64,000 bases of DNA from Candidatus Pacearchaeota archaeon. Its GTDB lineage: Archaea > Nanobdellota > Nanobdellia > Pacearchaeales > GW2011-AR1. Shown here piece after piece: positions 37,682-47,337 of the stretch. Location of the stretch: the NCBI GenBank assembly GCA_018304025.1, contig JAGVXA010000006.1, forward strand, positions 8,077 through 72,076, in the 5' to 3' direction. How positions within the stretch are numbered: position 1 is the first letter of the stretch; every line of letters begins with the position of its first letter. A model generated the notes under the pieces. That model saw only the letters and a program-made list of their open reading frames with translations. It did not search any database and was not told the origin of the DNA. A program made the translations under genes and the position numbers.

Positions 37682-38284
37682 TTATCGAGCAGAATCCGCT
37701 TGTTTTTCAGCGTCATTCGCTTTATTCTTCGAATAGCTTTCCATGTTCCCTTCGCTAGCCTTGATTATTTCCTCAGCCAAAGACTGAACCATTTTCTTTT
37801 TCTTTCCAAAGCATCTTTGGTAAGAACCTTGAATCATCCATCTTATCGCCAAGTCTACACGACGGTAAGGAGAGCAGTCAACTGCCTGAGGATATCTTGC
37901 TCCAGCGTGTTCAATAACTGTAATCTCGTCTCGTGGCGAACCGTTTTCAATCGCAGTAACCAAAACCTGCACAGGATTCTTCCCCGTTTTCTTTTCAACC
38001 ATATCAAGTGCGTCCAGAATTATTCCCATGTTCTTTGTATATTTCCCGCTCGACCACGATGTAATTATTTTGTGCTTCTTTCCAACGTGCCCTGAAGTCC
38101 CTAATCTATTAGCAAATCTCTCAAGGATATTAACTTTCGTCTTGGAAAATTTCCCGGTATTTCGCCCGTGCATTTTCAGCAATAAACGCGGAGTCAGATT
38201 AATGTAAGGAATTAAAGCCGGATCTTTTATTTCAATGTTAGAAACATCGTACTTATCCATTAATTTGAAATTCTGTTCTGTCAT
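37682..38284 (-). CDS. rps7: ribosomal protein uS7
   Basis: Archaeal S7 blocks (PRLLLKMHGRNTGKF..., NPVQVLVTAIENGSPRDE, GARYPQAVD). ATG at 38284 (the track starts at an upstream TTG). Confidence 0.9.
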   Translation of the reverse strand: MTEQNFKLMDKYDVSNIEIKDPALIPYINLTPRLLLKMHGRNTGKFSKTKVNILERFANRLGTSGHVGKKHKIITSWSSGKYTKNMGIILDALDMVEKKTGKNPVQVLVTAIENGSPRDEITVIEHAGARYPQAVDCSPYRRVDLAIRWMIQGSYQRCFGKKKKMVQSLAEEIIKASEGNMESYSKNKANDAEKQADSAR

Positions 38285-38285
38285 T

Positions 38286-38519
38286 TTAAGCAACTGCCTC
38301 CAATCTTGAAAATTTAACTTTTATTTTATATTCGCCGGAGTGATTGAGATATTCTAAATGGGCTTGCCTGCTTTTTCCGGCACAAACAAGATGAAGAGTA
38401 TTTTTATCTGTCCTGGCTGGTTCATATCCTTTTTCTATTAAAGTATGAATAACATTCAGCAATCCAACATCTCTCGAAGAAATTTCTGTCTCGCCGCAAT
38501 AATTTTCTCTGCCTTCCAT
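38286..38519 (-). CDS. unknown 77-aa protein inserted between rps12 and rps7
   Basis: MEGRENYCGETEISS...KIKVKFSRLEAVA. Fills the whole S12-S7 gap, with TAAAATG junctions on both sides. Confidence 0.45.
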   Translation of the reverse strand: MEGRENYCGETEISSRDVGLLNVIHTLIEKGYEPARTDKNTLHLVCAGKSRQAHLEYLNHSGEYKIKVKFSRLEAVA

Positions 38520-38520
38520 T

Positions 38521-38943
38521 TTATCTCCTTCCCTTCTCAATCTTTCCCTTCACAAGTCTTCGCAAAGGCTGATCATTTACTTTAATTACTCTGAATCTAA
38601 TCCCTCGAATATCTCCCTTTGAACGTCCCTGCTTCCCGCCGATTCGTTCTATAATAACTTCGTCGTGTTCGTCAATAAATCTCTGCGCCAAATTCCCTGG
38701 AATAAACGCTCCAATCTGAATAGAATTTTTCACAAGCTGAACCTTGCAGCATTTTCTCATCGCAGAGTTCGGCTGCGCAGCTTCTTTTTGAAATTTCGAA
38801 ATAACAATTCCCTTTGCCTGGCTGGAACGCCCGAGAGGATCAGACTTAATCTTCAGATTTTTCATTCGCGCGTTATATTTCTTATTGCTCCATCTAAATT
38901 TCGCGCGCTTCTTCACTAGCTTTCTTGCATTTAACAAACCCAT
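38521..38943 (-). CDS. rps12: ribosomal protein uS12
   Basis: QPNSAMRKCCKVQL...AFIPGN...DEHDEVIIERIGG...GDIRGIRFRVIKVN. Confidence 0.9.
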   Translation of the reverse strand: MGLLNARKLVKKRAKFRWSNKKYNARMKNLKIKSDPLGRSSQAKGIVISKFQKEAAQPNSAMRKCCKVQLVKNSIQIGAFIPGNLAQRFIDEHDEVIIERIGGKQGRSKGDIRGIRFRVIKVNDQPLRRLVKGKIEKGRR

Positions 38944-38980
38944 GAATATAACTTGAAAAATCCTTTTTTAAATATTCCTA

Positions 38981-39397
38981 TTACACAATTTTCAAATCCA
39001 AATTAAAATAATCCTGGACAATTTTCTTCAGTTCTTCAAATCGTCTCCGATTGCGTCCGATTAAAGACGCTTTGTTCTGGTTGCTTCCGGCAGTTATTAT
39101 AATTTCCCCGTTCTTAATCTCTAAAGATTTGAACCTAACCGGCGCTACAATGCTTCCGATAAATCTTTGTGCATTTTCAATTCCATTTGCTTCTTCAACA
39201 ATCTTGACTCTTTTTCCAGTCCCATTCTGAATTTTTTGGATATTAACTGCGCCAGGTCCAATTGCCCTCGATACTTGCCCCCTGTCAACCGCAAAAAAAA
39301 CCGTGTTGTTATGAACAAAGCACTTTCGCGTTTTAACTCCTGTTACTTTATCCAGGAGGTTAATGTAGCGAATTGTTTGCATGCTTATTACTGCCAT
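38981..39397 (-). CDS. nusA: archaeal NusA-like KH-domain transcription factor
   Basis: 138 aa with two KH-like segments (AIGPGAVNIQKIQNGTGKRV, LIGRNRRRFEELKKIV), in the canonical position upstream of rps12. Confidence 0.8.
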   Translation of the reverse strand: MAVISMQTIRYINLLDKVTGVKTRKCFVHNNTVFFAVDRGQVSRAIGPGAVNIQKIQNGTGKRVKIVEEANGIENAQRFIGSIVAPVRFKSLEIKNGEIIITAGSNQNKASLIGRNRRRFEELKKIVQDYFNLDLKIV

Positions 39398-39446
39398 CTT
39401 AAAAGTATTATAATCTCTCTTCCGCAGCCTAGTTTATAAATTTATC

Positions 39447-40076
39447 TCAACGCTTGCGGGATTCAACATCGTCAATTTCTTTTTTTAATACGCCCATGAT
39501 GTTCTCCGGAAAAAAACAAGTCCAGTGGCTTCCACGGATAAATTTCGGCGCGCTGAATCTTCTGTCTTCTTTTGCAGCAGTTTCAATTTTTTTAATATCT
39601 CCTCTGGCCCAGAACAAAACGTCTAATTTATCAGTTGAAAAATATGTTCGGATTTCACCGACATTGTCCGGAATATCAACAGGACTGTATGACGTATAAA
39701 ATGGGTCAAACAAGCAGATTCTATCAATAAAAATTCCTTCCTCTTCGCATTTTTTAGCAGTCAGCCTGACTTGATCACAGCCAGCACTCAATGCAAAAAG
39801 CAGGATTGGTTTTTTTTCGTTATACGCTTTCCGAATATTTGGCATGCTTCTCTCCCAGTAATGCACGCTTTCAACATCTATTCCAGCGCCTGTTTCTTTT
39901 GCCAGGTCATTTGCAATTTTATGCACGCTGCCGCTGCACCATCCGTCAATTCCCTCAGCATAAACATTAATTCCAGAAGATTCGTGGCTAATCCGCGGTC
40001 TTGCGCACCCGCCAATCGGCATTAATGAAACTAAACCTGCAAGCGCGCACGAAACTGCGCAATATTTTCTGTCCAT
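39447..40076 (-). CDS. lipobox alpha/beta-hydrolase-like protein (paralogue of 56885..57481)
   Basis: Start at MDRKYCAV (40076). Lipobox-like LMPIGGC; LLFALSAGC nucleophile-elbow-like motif. Collinear similarity to the 198-aa ORF (VYAEGIDGW/VFVAGVDGF, ICLFDPF/LMVFYDP). Confidence 0.6.
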   Translation of the reverse strand: MDRKYCAVSCALAGLVSLMPIGGCARPRISHESSGINVYAEGIDGWCSGSVHKIANDLAKETGAGIDVESVHYWERSMPNIRKAYNEKKPILLFALSAGCDQVRLTAKKCEEEGIFIDRICLFDPFYTSYSPVDIPDNVGEIRTYFSTDKLDVLFWARGDIKKIETAAKEDRRFSAPKFIRGSHWTCFFPENIMGVLKKEIDDVESRKR

Positions 40077-40145
40077 CTTCTTAAAAAAAACTAATTCCTT
40101 ATAAACATATATAGAATAGACTATCTCGAATTCCGAATAACAATC

Positions 40146-40450
40146 TTTAAATAAATCCTCCCCCTCAATAAAAAATGAAGAGGCTGACATTTGTTTTTAT
40201 TCTAATCTTATTTGTATTAATCTTTTCCTACTCAAAACCAAATGTAACAGGACAAGCCACAGAAACTCAATTTTGCGACGGTAAAATATTTCATTATGCA
40301 ACAGGGCAGTTCACCTGCACAGAAGGATGCGACGCAGAAAAAGGCTGCTGCGGAGCAATGAATGAACCCTGCTGTACAGAAGAAAATTCAGAACATGAAG
40401 AATGCAAATCAGGATTAACTTGTGTTAATTACTTTTGCAAAGATATAACC
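40146..40450 (+). repeat. duplicated promoter + signal peptide + Cys-rich N-terminal module, copy A
   Basis: tttaaataaatc...aaaaATGAAGAGGCTGACATTT... through ...ggattaacttgtgttaattacttttgcaaagatataacc; collinear with 44904..45214. Confidence 0.8.
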
Positions 40451-42676
40451 AAAGACTCAAAATCCTCAAGAAAAACAAGCGGACTAAGAGGATGCAACCC
40501 AGGCTCATTTACAAAAGTCTGCGGGCAAAACATCGGTTTAATTTCAGGACATCAATATCAATGCCAAAGAAATCCAGACAGCACAACTTACTGGCAAGAT
40601 ATCGGAGAAAGCGAAGCTTGTAAAGTTTCAACAATCACTCCTTCTCAACCGTCTTCGGGCGCAGGCTGCGCAAGTCCTGCAAACGAAATCCCTCAGCAAA
40701 ATAACCAGCAATGTTCTTACACAAATCTAGATTATTTTTTAATAGACGCATATTACCAAAATTATTACATTCCCCTAGCCCTAAGAAAAAACAACAATCA
40801 AATCTCTTTCTCTTACGAAGGAAATTCTGCAATAGAATTGCCAGCCACAGCAAACTTAGTTGCAAATGTAAATCAAGAGTTAGTAAAATCAGACAATCAA
40901 AATTGCTTCTACTACAAAGTCCATTATCACCAAGACGCAATAGCTAAAAACTATTTTGTCGACGGCAAAAAAGACGCGTCAGGAAAATGCACCTATACTC
41001 TTCCGGACACAAGCAATAAGAATTTTCCGCCGCAGACAGAAATATGCCAAGATGATCCAGGCAACGCATTAAGATGCGCTTCTAATTACAACGAATTTAT
41101 TTGCAATTTCTTCTCCCCATCTGTTGACCAAGATTTCGGAGTCTTAGTAGAAAATTGCGGAAATTCTTATAACGTCGCTGTAGACAACAATCAAGAAATT
41201 TATGAAGAATGCCTCGCAAGACATCCGCAAGAAAACGTCTGCCAGGAAAAATGCAAAGAATTTGGAAAACAAAAGATTGCAGTAAAATATCCAAACATAG
41301 CTCAAACAAATCTCGAACAAATTCAAGGCGAATGTATGAAAAGTTTGGGTATTACCAAGAAAGAACCTCTTGGCGAATTTGACAATAGAGGATTCACATT
41401 AAAAGAAATTCCAACCGCAGAACAAAAAGAAATCTATTCACAAATTCCTAAAGAATTTTGGCTCAAAGACGAACAATGGGGATGGTACGACGCAGGGCTT
41501 TTTGGAGGAGTAAGTCAAACTTACACTTACAAAGACAACAAAGCGTGGTTTAGTATAAGAGAATATGACGCAAAAGATGAAGCAGATAATTATTGCGACA
41601 AAAATTCAAAAGAAGATTACGATTGCGTTTGCAGCGCGCCGCTAAAATGTCCTGATAATGACAAAGACGGCTCTCCAAATAGCAAGGGTGTTCTCGTAGC
41701 ATGCACCTCTCTTATGGGCGAGGAGAGCACAGGAGAGGTCATCTTTGATTGTGATGATAACAACGAAAAAGTTAGCCCAAAAAATAAAGAGTCGTATATT
41801 CCTGGCGCAAAAGAAGATGTGTGCGCAGACAAATTAGATAATGACTGTGATGGCGCAAAAGATTGCGAAGAAAACGATTGTCAAGAATCTTCTAACTGCT
41901 TTTGTAATTTATTTTCTTTCACTCCGCCAGACTCTTCAAAGAAAATTCAATTTGCGAGATACGAAGGACTTTCTTACGAAATTGAAAAATCTGTTAGTGT
42001 CGCGCTTGCGGGGAAATTCGGAGCAAAGGCGCATTCAAGTATTTCGCGCGGAATAATCATTCAAGACAAGGTTCCAAAACCAGAAGAACCTGTTGAACAA
42101 ATTAGAATTTCGGTTGATTACATTGGAAGTGTGAGCGACAAGAACTTTGTGCCCGACGGCTCAAAGCCGGCAAGAAATGTTTTAGATGAAAAGCTTTCGG
42201 GTTTTGTAAGCCGGACAGATATCGATGAAATTTTAAATATTATTGAAAAAAATTTCAAAGCAGAAAACGAAATTATTATTTTTACATATAGTGACAAGAT
42301 GATTTTCCAGATAAAAAATAAAAAGTCTGGCAATTTTGTAGCGGCCAAAACATACAGCACAGGAAGCTCCTCTTCTGATAAGAACTTGAACATAAAAAAT
42401 ATCAAAGATTACCTGAAAAATAAGCCGGTGCTGGATTCGCAGACAAAGACCAATACGCTGCTTACTTCGTTAACCACCAAGGACCGCGTAGATAACAAAG
42501 GAGTTAAGCAGTCCATCGGGTTTGATTTCTTAAAAGTCAGTATCTTAGGGAGAGATTATTCAACCTACGAAGACATAAAAAAGAATGTCTATGAAGAATA
42601 TATTTTGAAGATATTTGAAGACGTAGACGGAAAGTTGGAAAGAGCCGCGCAAAAATACAACTCAAAATGTAAATAG
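40175..42676 (+). CDS. large secreted Cys-rich protein with a MopE-like DNDCDG metal-binding-type motif
   Basis: Signal peptide MKRLTFVFILILFVLIFSYS. DCDDNNEKVSP...EDVCADKLDNDCDGAKDCEENDC resembles the Cys-rich DxDCDG repeat. Confidence 0.7.
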   Translation: MKRLTFVFILILFVLIFSYSKPNVTGQATETQFCDGKIFHYATGQFTCTEGCDAEKGCCGAMNEPCCTEENSEHEECKSGLTCVNYFCKDITKDSKSSRKTSGLRGCNPGSFTKVCGQNIGLISGHQYQCQRNPDSTTYWQDIGESEACKVSTITPSQPSSGAGCASPANEIPQQNNQQCSYTNLDYFLIDAYYQNYYIPLALRKNNNQISFSYEGNSAIELPATANLVANVNQELVKSDNQNCFYYKVHYHQDAIAKNYFVDGKKDASGKCTYTLPDTSNKNFPPQTEICQDDPGNALRCASNYNEFICNFFSPSVDQDFGVLVENCGNSYNVAVDNNQEIYEECLARHPQENVCQEKCKEFGKQKIAVKYPNIAQTNLEQIQGECMKSLGITKKEPLGEFDNRGFTLKEIPTAEQKEIYSQIPKEFWLKDEQWGWYDAGLFGGVSQTYTYKDNKAWFSIREYDAKDEADNYCDKNSKEDYDCVCSAPLKCPDNDKDGSPNSKGVLVACTSLMGEESTGEVIFDCDDNNEKVSPKNKESYIPGAKEDVCADKLDNDCDGAKDCEENDCQESSNCFCNLFSFTPPDSSKKIQFARYEGLSYEIEKSVSVALAGKFGAKAHSSISRGIIIQDKVPKPEEPVEQIRISVDYIGSVSDKNFVPDGSKPARNVLDEKLSGFVSRTDIDEILNIIEKNFKAENEIIIFTYSDKMIFQIKNKKSGNFVAAKTYSTGSSSSDKNLNIKNIKDYLKNKPVLDSQTKTNTLLTSLTTKDRVDNKGVKQSIGFDFLKVSILGRDYSTYEDIKKNVYEEYILKIFEDVDGKLERAAQKYNSKCK

Positions 42677-42678
42677 TT

Positions 42679-43044
42679 TTACTCAGCCGCATTTAACTCG
42701 TTTTTTTCTGAATCAATCTCATAATTTCTTACAAATCTCTTTTTACCTTTTTTATCAACAATCCACAAGCCATAAATTCCTCTTGGAAGTCCTTCAGGGA
42801 GATAGCCAGAACGATGATTTCCTTCAGATTTTTCTTTTTCAGAAAATAGCTCTATTCTGTTTCCGTCTGAATTTTGTAAAAACGCCCCTTCTGCTTTGTA
42901 AGTGCGATAAATTGCATTTGGCCCAATTTGTTTTATCGAGGTCATATCAGCGTCGCTTATCTCGCTAATCGTCGGGCGAATGCATCCGGCAAAAGCTAAA
43001 AGAGAAGTCAATGCAGATGTTGCAAGTGTTCTCGTGTTTTTCAT
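42679..43044 (-). CDS. lipobox protein, unknown function
   Basis: MKNTRTLATSALTSLLAFAGC (lipobox LAFAGC). Confidence 0.55.
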   Translation of the reverse strand: MKNTRTLATSALTSLLAFAGCIRPTISEISDADMTSIKQIGPNAIYRTYKAEGAFLQNSDGNRIELFSEKEKSEGNHRSGYLPEGLPRGIYGLWIVDKKGKKRFVRNYEIDSEKNELNAAE

Positions 43045-43137
43045 GAGATTAATGCACTTACAAACTATTTAAACCTTCCGTTTGTAACTACTATTAGATT
43101 ACACAAAAATATAAAAACTTTCAAATCAAATAATAAA

Positions 43138-43875
43138 ATGCTTTCCCCAATAATTTTCAAAATTGGTTCAATCCAAGTCTCTTATTATGTTTTAGTTTAC
43201 ATCGCCGGTTTCATTGCAACTCTCTTTCTCCTTCTCCATTATAAAAAAGAATTAAAATTAAAACCAGAGCAATGCTACAATTTAACTTTCTATCTTCTCG
43301 TTGGTGTAACACTCTGCGCAAGAATTTTCCATATATTTTTCTGGGGACTGGACTACTATCTAAAAAATCCGATAAAAATGATTTATATTTGGCAGGGCGG
43401 CTTGAGTTTTCACGGCGGACTAATAGGCGCAATTCTCGTCGTATTCTTCTTCTCAAAAATTGACAAAATAAATTTCTTTAAATTAGCAGACCTTTTGTCT
43501 CTCCCAGCAGTTCTCGCCCACGCGTTTCAAAGAATCTCAAATTTAATTAATCAGGAAATCGTCGGAACAATTACCTCTTCAAAATTCTGCATGTATTTTG
43601 ATTATTTCGACGGATGCCGTCATCCTGTCCAAATTTACGCTTCAATAGGTAATTTTCTCCTCTTCTTCTTTTTGCTTTTCCTCTACTTCAAAAAACCATC
43701 TCGCAAACTAGGCTTAATTTTCTGGCTCATGATTTTTCTCACAGGCATCGGCAGATTTTTATTGGATTTCATCAGGGAAGACGCAGTTTATCTTGGATTA
43801 AAATCCGGGCAATGGCTCTCGATTCCAATGATAATTATTGGAGCTTATGTTCTGATAAAATATTATAAGAAATAA
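43138..43875 (+). CDS. lgt: prolipoprotein diacylglyceryl transferase (bacterial-type Lgt)
   Basis: IWQGGLSFHGGLIGAIL (Lgt signature), FQRISNLINQEIVG (GRxGNFxNxE), RHPVQIY, GRFLLDFIRED, about 7 TM segments. Confidence 0.85.
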   Translation: MLSPIIFKIGSIQVSYYVLVYIAGFIATLFLLLHYKKELKLKPEQCYNLTFYLLVGVTLCARIFHIFFWGLDYYLKNPIKMIYIWQGGLSFHGGLIGAILVVFFFSKIDKINFFKLADLLSLPAVLAHAFQRISNLINQEIVGTITSSKFCMYFDYFDGCRHPVQIYASIGNFLLFFFLLFLYFKKPSRKLGLIFWLMIFLTGIGRFLLDFIREDAVYLGLKSGQWLSIPMIIIGAYVLIKYYKK

Positions 43876-43933
43876 TCATTTCTTCTTAGAACTCTTCCCC
43901 CTATTAATCTAACCCGCCAAATCCAAGAAACCT

Positions 43934-44818
43934 CTAAAAATTTATTTCATCAGCAATTTCTAAAATTCTCTTTCTTTTCTTCTTTAACTTTTCAGGCGCA
44001 TCCAAGAAATTTTCATCAGTAACAATGCTCTCCCCAGTCTTTTCTTCCAATTCTTTTCTCGCATTCCCTGCAACCTCCCCGCCCTGCCGCGCAGCAGTTT
44101 TATTTTCTTCCATTCCTTCAGCATCTTTTACTTTCGCGATTCTTGTTGTTGCAGCTTCTCCCAGCATCGTAAATATAAGTTCAAGGTCATCCATATGGTC
44201 TCTCAAATTTTCTCGTTTTAATTTTTTAAGCTTCTTGTATTCTTCCACAGTTTTTCCAAAAGTCGCCTTGCTTATTTCATTAGTCAAAATTGCAAATTCT
44301 ATCTCTTCTTTCACTCCCCGATTTTTCCATTCATCTGTGAGCTCTTGTCTTATTGCTATCCCTCTCAATCTTTTTTCAATCCAATTTTTAAAATATCCTT
44401 TCAATTCATACAATTTTTTCATTCGTTCTTGTGCTAATTCAGGGTTTTCAATTTCCTGAACTCTCTCATAACCAACCTTTGCAAGCCATCTTTTAAACGG
44501 CTCTGCTTTTTTCGAGGGAATAGACTGAATTATCCTTAAAATTAATTCTGTGTCTGCGCAGTCAGTTTCATATTCTTTCCCGTCTCCTGATTTTAATTTC
44601 AGTTGTACGATTTTATCGTACAACTCAAAACCCTCTTCTTTTAATTTTATTTTTAAATCAGACCAATATCTTCGAGGAATAGAACTATCTGTTAAAACTT
44701 CTATAATGTCTACAACAGAAAAAAACCATTTATCATCAACAAGTTTTCTCCTTATAGATTTTCCATTAAAAATAGCGATATGCGTTTCACCTTCCTCCTT
44801 CTCTGTTTCTTCAGTCAT
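43934..44818 (-). CDS. Bro-N domain (phage antirepressor/DinD-like) DNA-binding protein
   Basis: IAIFNGKSIRRKLVDDKWFFSVVDIIEVLTDS...PRRYWSDLK...KAEPFKRWLAKVGYERV are typical Bro-N blocks. ATG at 44818. Confidence 0.7.
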   Translation of the reverse strand: MTEETEKEEGETHIAIFNGKSIRRKLVDDKWFFSVVDIIEVLTDSSIPRRYWSDLKIKLKEEGFELYDKIVQLKLKSGDGKEYETDCADTELILRIIQSIPSKKAEPFKRWLAKVGYERVQEIENPELAQERMKKLYELKGYFKNWIEKRLRGIAIRQELTDEWKNRGVKEEIEFAILTNEISKATFGKTVEEYKKLKKLKRENLRDHMDDLELIFTMLGEAATTRIAKVKDAEGMEENKTAARQGGEVAGNARKELEEKTGESIVTDENFLDAPEKLKKKRKRILEIADEINF

Positions 44819-44903
44819 TATTATCAAAACCAATACAAGTTTTTAATATTTGTCTTTTACATTTTGTTATGTTAAAAAAATAAGATCTAAACGCATCCAA
44901 ATA

Positions 44904-45214
44904 TTTAAATAAATCATCCCCTTCAATAAAAAATGAAGAGGCTGACATTTATTTTAATTCTAATCTTATTTGCATTAATCTTCTCCTACTCAAAACCAAC
45001 CATCACAGCTCAGGCCACAGAAGGAAATTATTACTGCGACGAAAATAATATCTTTTATTTTCCAGGCGGACAATTTCCTTGCTCAGAAGGCTGCGACAAA
45101 ATAAAAGACTGTTGTGGGGCGTTAGATGAAGATTGTTGCACAGCAGAAAATTCCGACGACGCAGAATGCAAAGAAGGATTAACTTGTGTTAATTACTTTT
45201 GCAAAGATATAACC
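44904..45214 (+). repeat. duplicated promoter + signal peptide + Cys-rich N-terminal module, copy B
   Basis: Collinear with 40146..40450; the last 39 nt are identical. Confidence 0.8.
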
Positions 45215-45481
45215 GAAGAAGAAACTCCAAGCGACGAAAAAAGAACAACCAGAACAGCAAGAAAAATAACCCAAGAAAACTGCAGCAATATTATATGTGC
45301 AAACCTCAACGAAGATTCCTGCCTTGAAGGAGATAATGTCTATTGTTGCGACTGGGATTTTGAAAATGAAGTAACTGAGACAATTCCAAAAAAACCCGGC
45401 TGCACTACCCCGGAAGGAAGCATCACAAAAAATATTCCTGTCTGCAAAAATAAACCCGAACCCCTCGTCAAAATATGGTAA
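44933..45481 (+). CDS. small secreted Cys-rich protein (shares its N-terminal module with the 833-aa protein)
   Basis: MKRLTFILILILFALIFSYSKP...CSEGCDKIKDCCGALDEDCCTAENSDDAECKEGLTCVNYFCKDIT. Confidence 0.6.
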   Translation: MKRLTFILILILFALIFSYSKPTITAQATEGNYYCDENNIFYFPGGQFPCSEGCDKIKDCCGALDEDCCTAENSDDAECKEGLTCVNYFCKDITEEETPSDEKRTTRTARKITQENCSNIICANLNEDSCLEGDNVYCCDWDFENEVTETIPKKPGCTTPEGSITKNIPVCKNKPEPLVKIW

Positions 45482-46974
45482 AGAGCAAAATAAAATTAGA
45501 TAAATATTTTTTCTGGATAGCTATAATCTTAATTATCTTCATAGGATTTGCCCTTGTCAAGAGTTCTTTGACTGGAAAAGCGGGATGGGACCACACAGAT
45601 GGAGTTGTCAGAGACGACGAGACGGCAAATGAAAACGGCGATCCAGAGGTAACGATTTATAATCCTCCACGAATATGGTATCCGCCTAAAGCAGCTTCTA
45701 AAAACGGATGCAGGCCGAACCAAGAAAATGAAGTTGTCAGAACACTTTATAATGAAAAATGCGAGCAATGCAAAAAGAATAATCAAAACGAATTTTCTTT
45801 CGTGCAAATATCAATCTCAAACGAAAAATGTGTAGGAGATTGTGTTGATAGCGACGAAAACTTAAGTCCCGAAGAACAACTTAAAACTGCAGGAAGCGCA
45901 AAAACATTCGATAAAGAAATAAAAGATAGTTGTCTTCTTGTCGGAGGAAGCCAGATATACGAAGCTGTTTGTGGCGAAGATAATGAACCAAAAGGTAATA
46001 TAGCTCTCTGCCCTATTGGAACAAGCTGTTTATTAAACAAAGATGGAATCGCATTTTGCGGAACCGAAGAGCAAAAAGCAAAATGCGGCGAAGCGTGTTA
46101 TGAAAGCATAATGTGCCAGAATTATCCAAACTCTCTCTGTATCCACAACAAATGCGAAATCCTTTGCGATTCAAGAAATAATTTGAAAGCAGATTCAACT
46201 AAATGTAATTGCATTGATATTTGCGACGATGAGAATCCCTGCACAGAAGAGAGAAAAGAACAGTTTGGCTGTGTAAACGACCCGGAACCTCTTCACAAAA
46301 AAAACTGTATCGACTTAAAAAATGGAATCTCTGATGGGCTTTGCCTTTTAGGAACTTGTACAAACAAAGGAGAACGCTGCGAACCAAACTGCATTTATCT
46401 AAAAGATACAGACGAGTCTATCAAAAATTTAGTTTCCTGCGCAAAAAATAAAGTTAATTCAAAAAGCGAGCCCTGCTTTAAAGATTTTGAAATATTTGAA
46501 ATTTGCACAGGGTATTCCGGGCTTGCAAGTTCTTCAACCGGAACAATTATTCTCTGTGAAAATAGTCCGGTTTACCAATACAAAAATACAGCTTCTACTT
46601 TAATCAAGCACGAATTGATTCACATGATAGATTTATGCCGGCAGCAAGGCACTTGTTCTCCGGGATTAGTTACATTCACCCCCTATAAACCAATTTCAAA
46701 ACTTCCTAAATTTGATAGTTGCGCATTTAATAAACTGTCTCTTGAATTTACAGCTTATCTTTGTTCTGGTGAGTGTTCTACAAAAGAATCTTGTTTGAAT
46801 AGAGCACTATATAGCGTCGATTTCGGGTCAGATTTTGAATACGGAAATTATGGATGGAATACTTTCACAGCCGTTGTTTATAATAATTATAATTCTTGGC
46901 TGGATGAATGGTGGGAGCATAACGGACCAGAGTCAGAAGATTACGTCTGCGATAAAATTCTTAGCGGTTGTTAA
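45475..46974 (+). CDS. membrane-anchored Cys-rich protein with C-terminal Atp23/M76-like HExxH metalloprotease domain
   Basis: N-terminal TM FFWIAIILIIFIGFALV. ...IILCENSP...LIKHELIHMIDLCR...CAFNKLSLEFTAYLCSGEC parallels the Atp23 blocks (LC.N, HELxHxxDxxR, ACSEIRA..LSGEC). Confidence 0.65.
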   Translation: MVKSKIKLDKYFFWIAIILIIFIGFALVKSSLTGKAGWDHTDGVVRDDETANENGDPEVTIYNPPRIWYPPKAASKNGCRPNQENEVVRTLYNEKCEQCKKNNQNEFSFVQISISNEKCVGDCVDSDENLSPEEQLKTAGSAKTFDKEIKDSCLLVGGSQIYEAVCGEDNEPKGNIALCPIGTSCLLNKDGIAFCGTEEQKAKCGEACYESIMCQNYPNSLCIHNKCEILCDSRNNLKADSTKCNCIDICDDENPCTEERKEQFGCVNDPEPLHKKNCIDLKNGISDGLCLLGTCTNKGERCEPNCIYLKDTDESIKNLVSCAKNKVNSKSEPCFKDFEIFEICTGYSGLASSSTGTIILCENSPVYQYKNTASTLIKHELIHMIDLCRQQGTCSPGLVTFTPYKPISKLPKFDSCAFNKLSLEFTAYLCSGECSTKESCLNRALYSVDFGSDFEYGNYGWNTFTAVVYNNYNSWLDEWWEHNGPESEDYVCDKILSGC

Positions 46975-46984
46975 AACTCCCAAA

Positions 46985-47317
46985 TTAGTAAATCGGACTA
47001 TAATGAGCTGTCGGATGCTCTTTAAGAATAAAATCGTAAATATTCTTATATTTGTTTTCAAGGCGTATTTGATTTTCCAATTTTCTTGCTTCGTCTAAAC
47101 TTTCAGGATGATATTTTTTTCCGCGGACAGTTACTTCTGTTCTATACCAATAATTACCCTCTTGCTTCCATCTCTCTCCCCTCTCTCTTTCAGAGAACTC
47201 TTGCTTTTCAACAATAATTTGCGGAGGTATACCAATAGAATTATTCGACTGGCATCCTGCACTAGCCAAAGCTATCAATCCTGATACTCCTGCCCTAATT
47301 AATTTTTTTGTTTCCAT
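46985..47317 (-). CDS. lipobox protein
   Basis: METKKLIRAGVSGLIALASAGC; weak similarity to the next ORF. Confidence 0.5.
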   Translation of the reverse strand: METKKLIRAGVSGLIALASAGCQSNNSIGIPPQIIVEKQEFSERERGERWKQEGNYWYRTEVTVRGKKYHPESLDEARKLENQIRLENKYKNIYDFILKEHPTAHYSPIY

Positions 47318-47337
47318 AAAAAATTTCTAACAATCCC

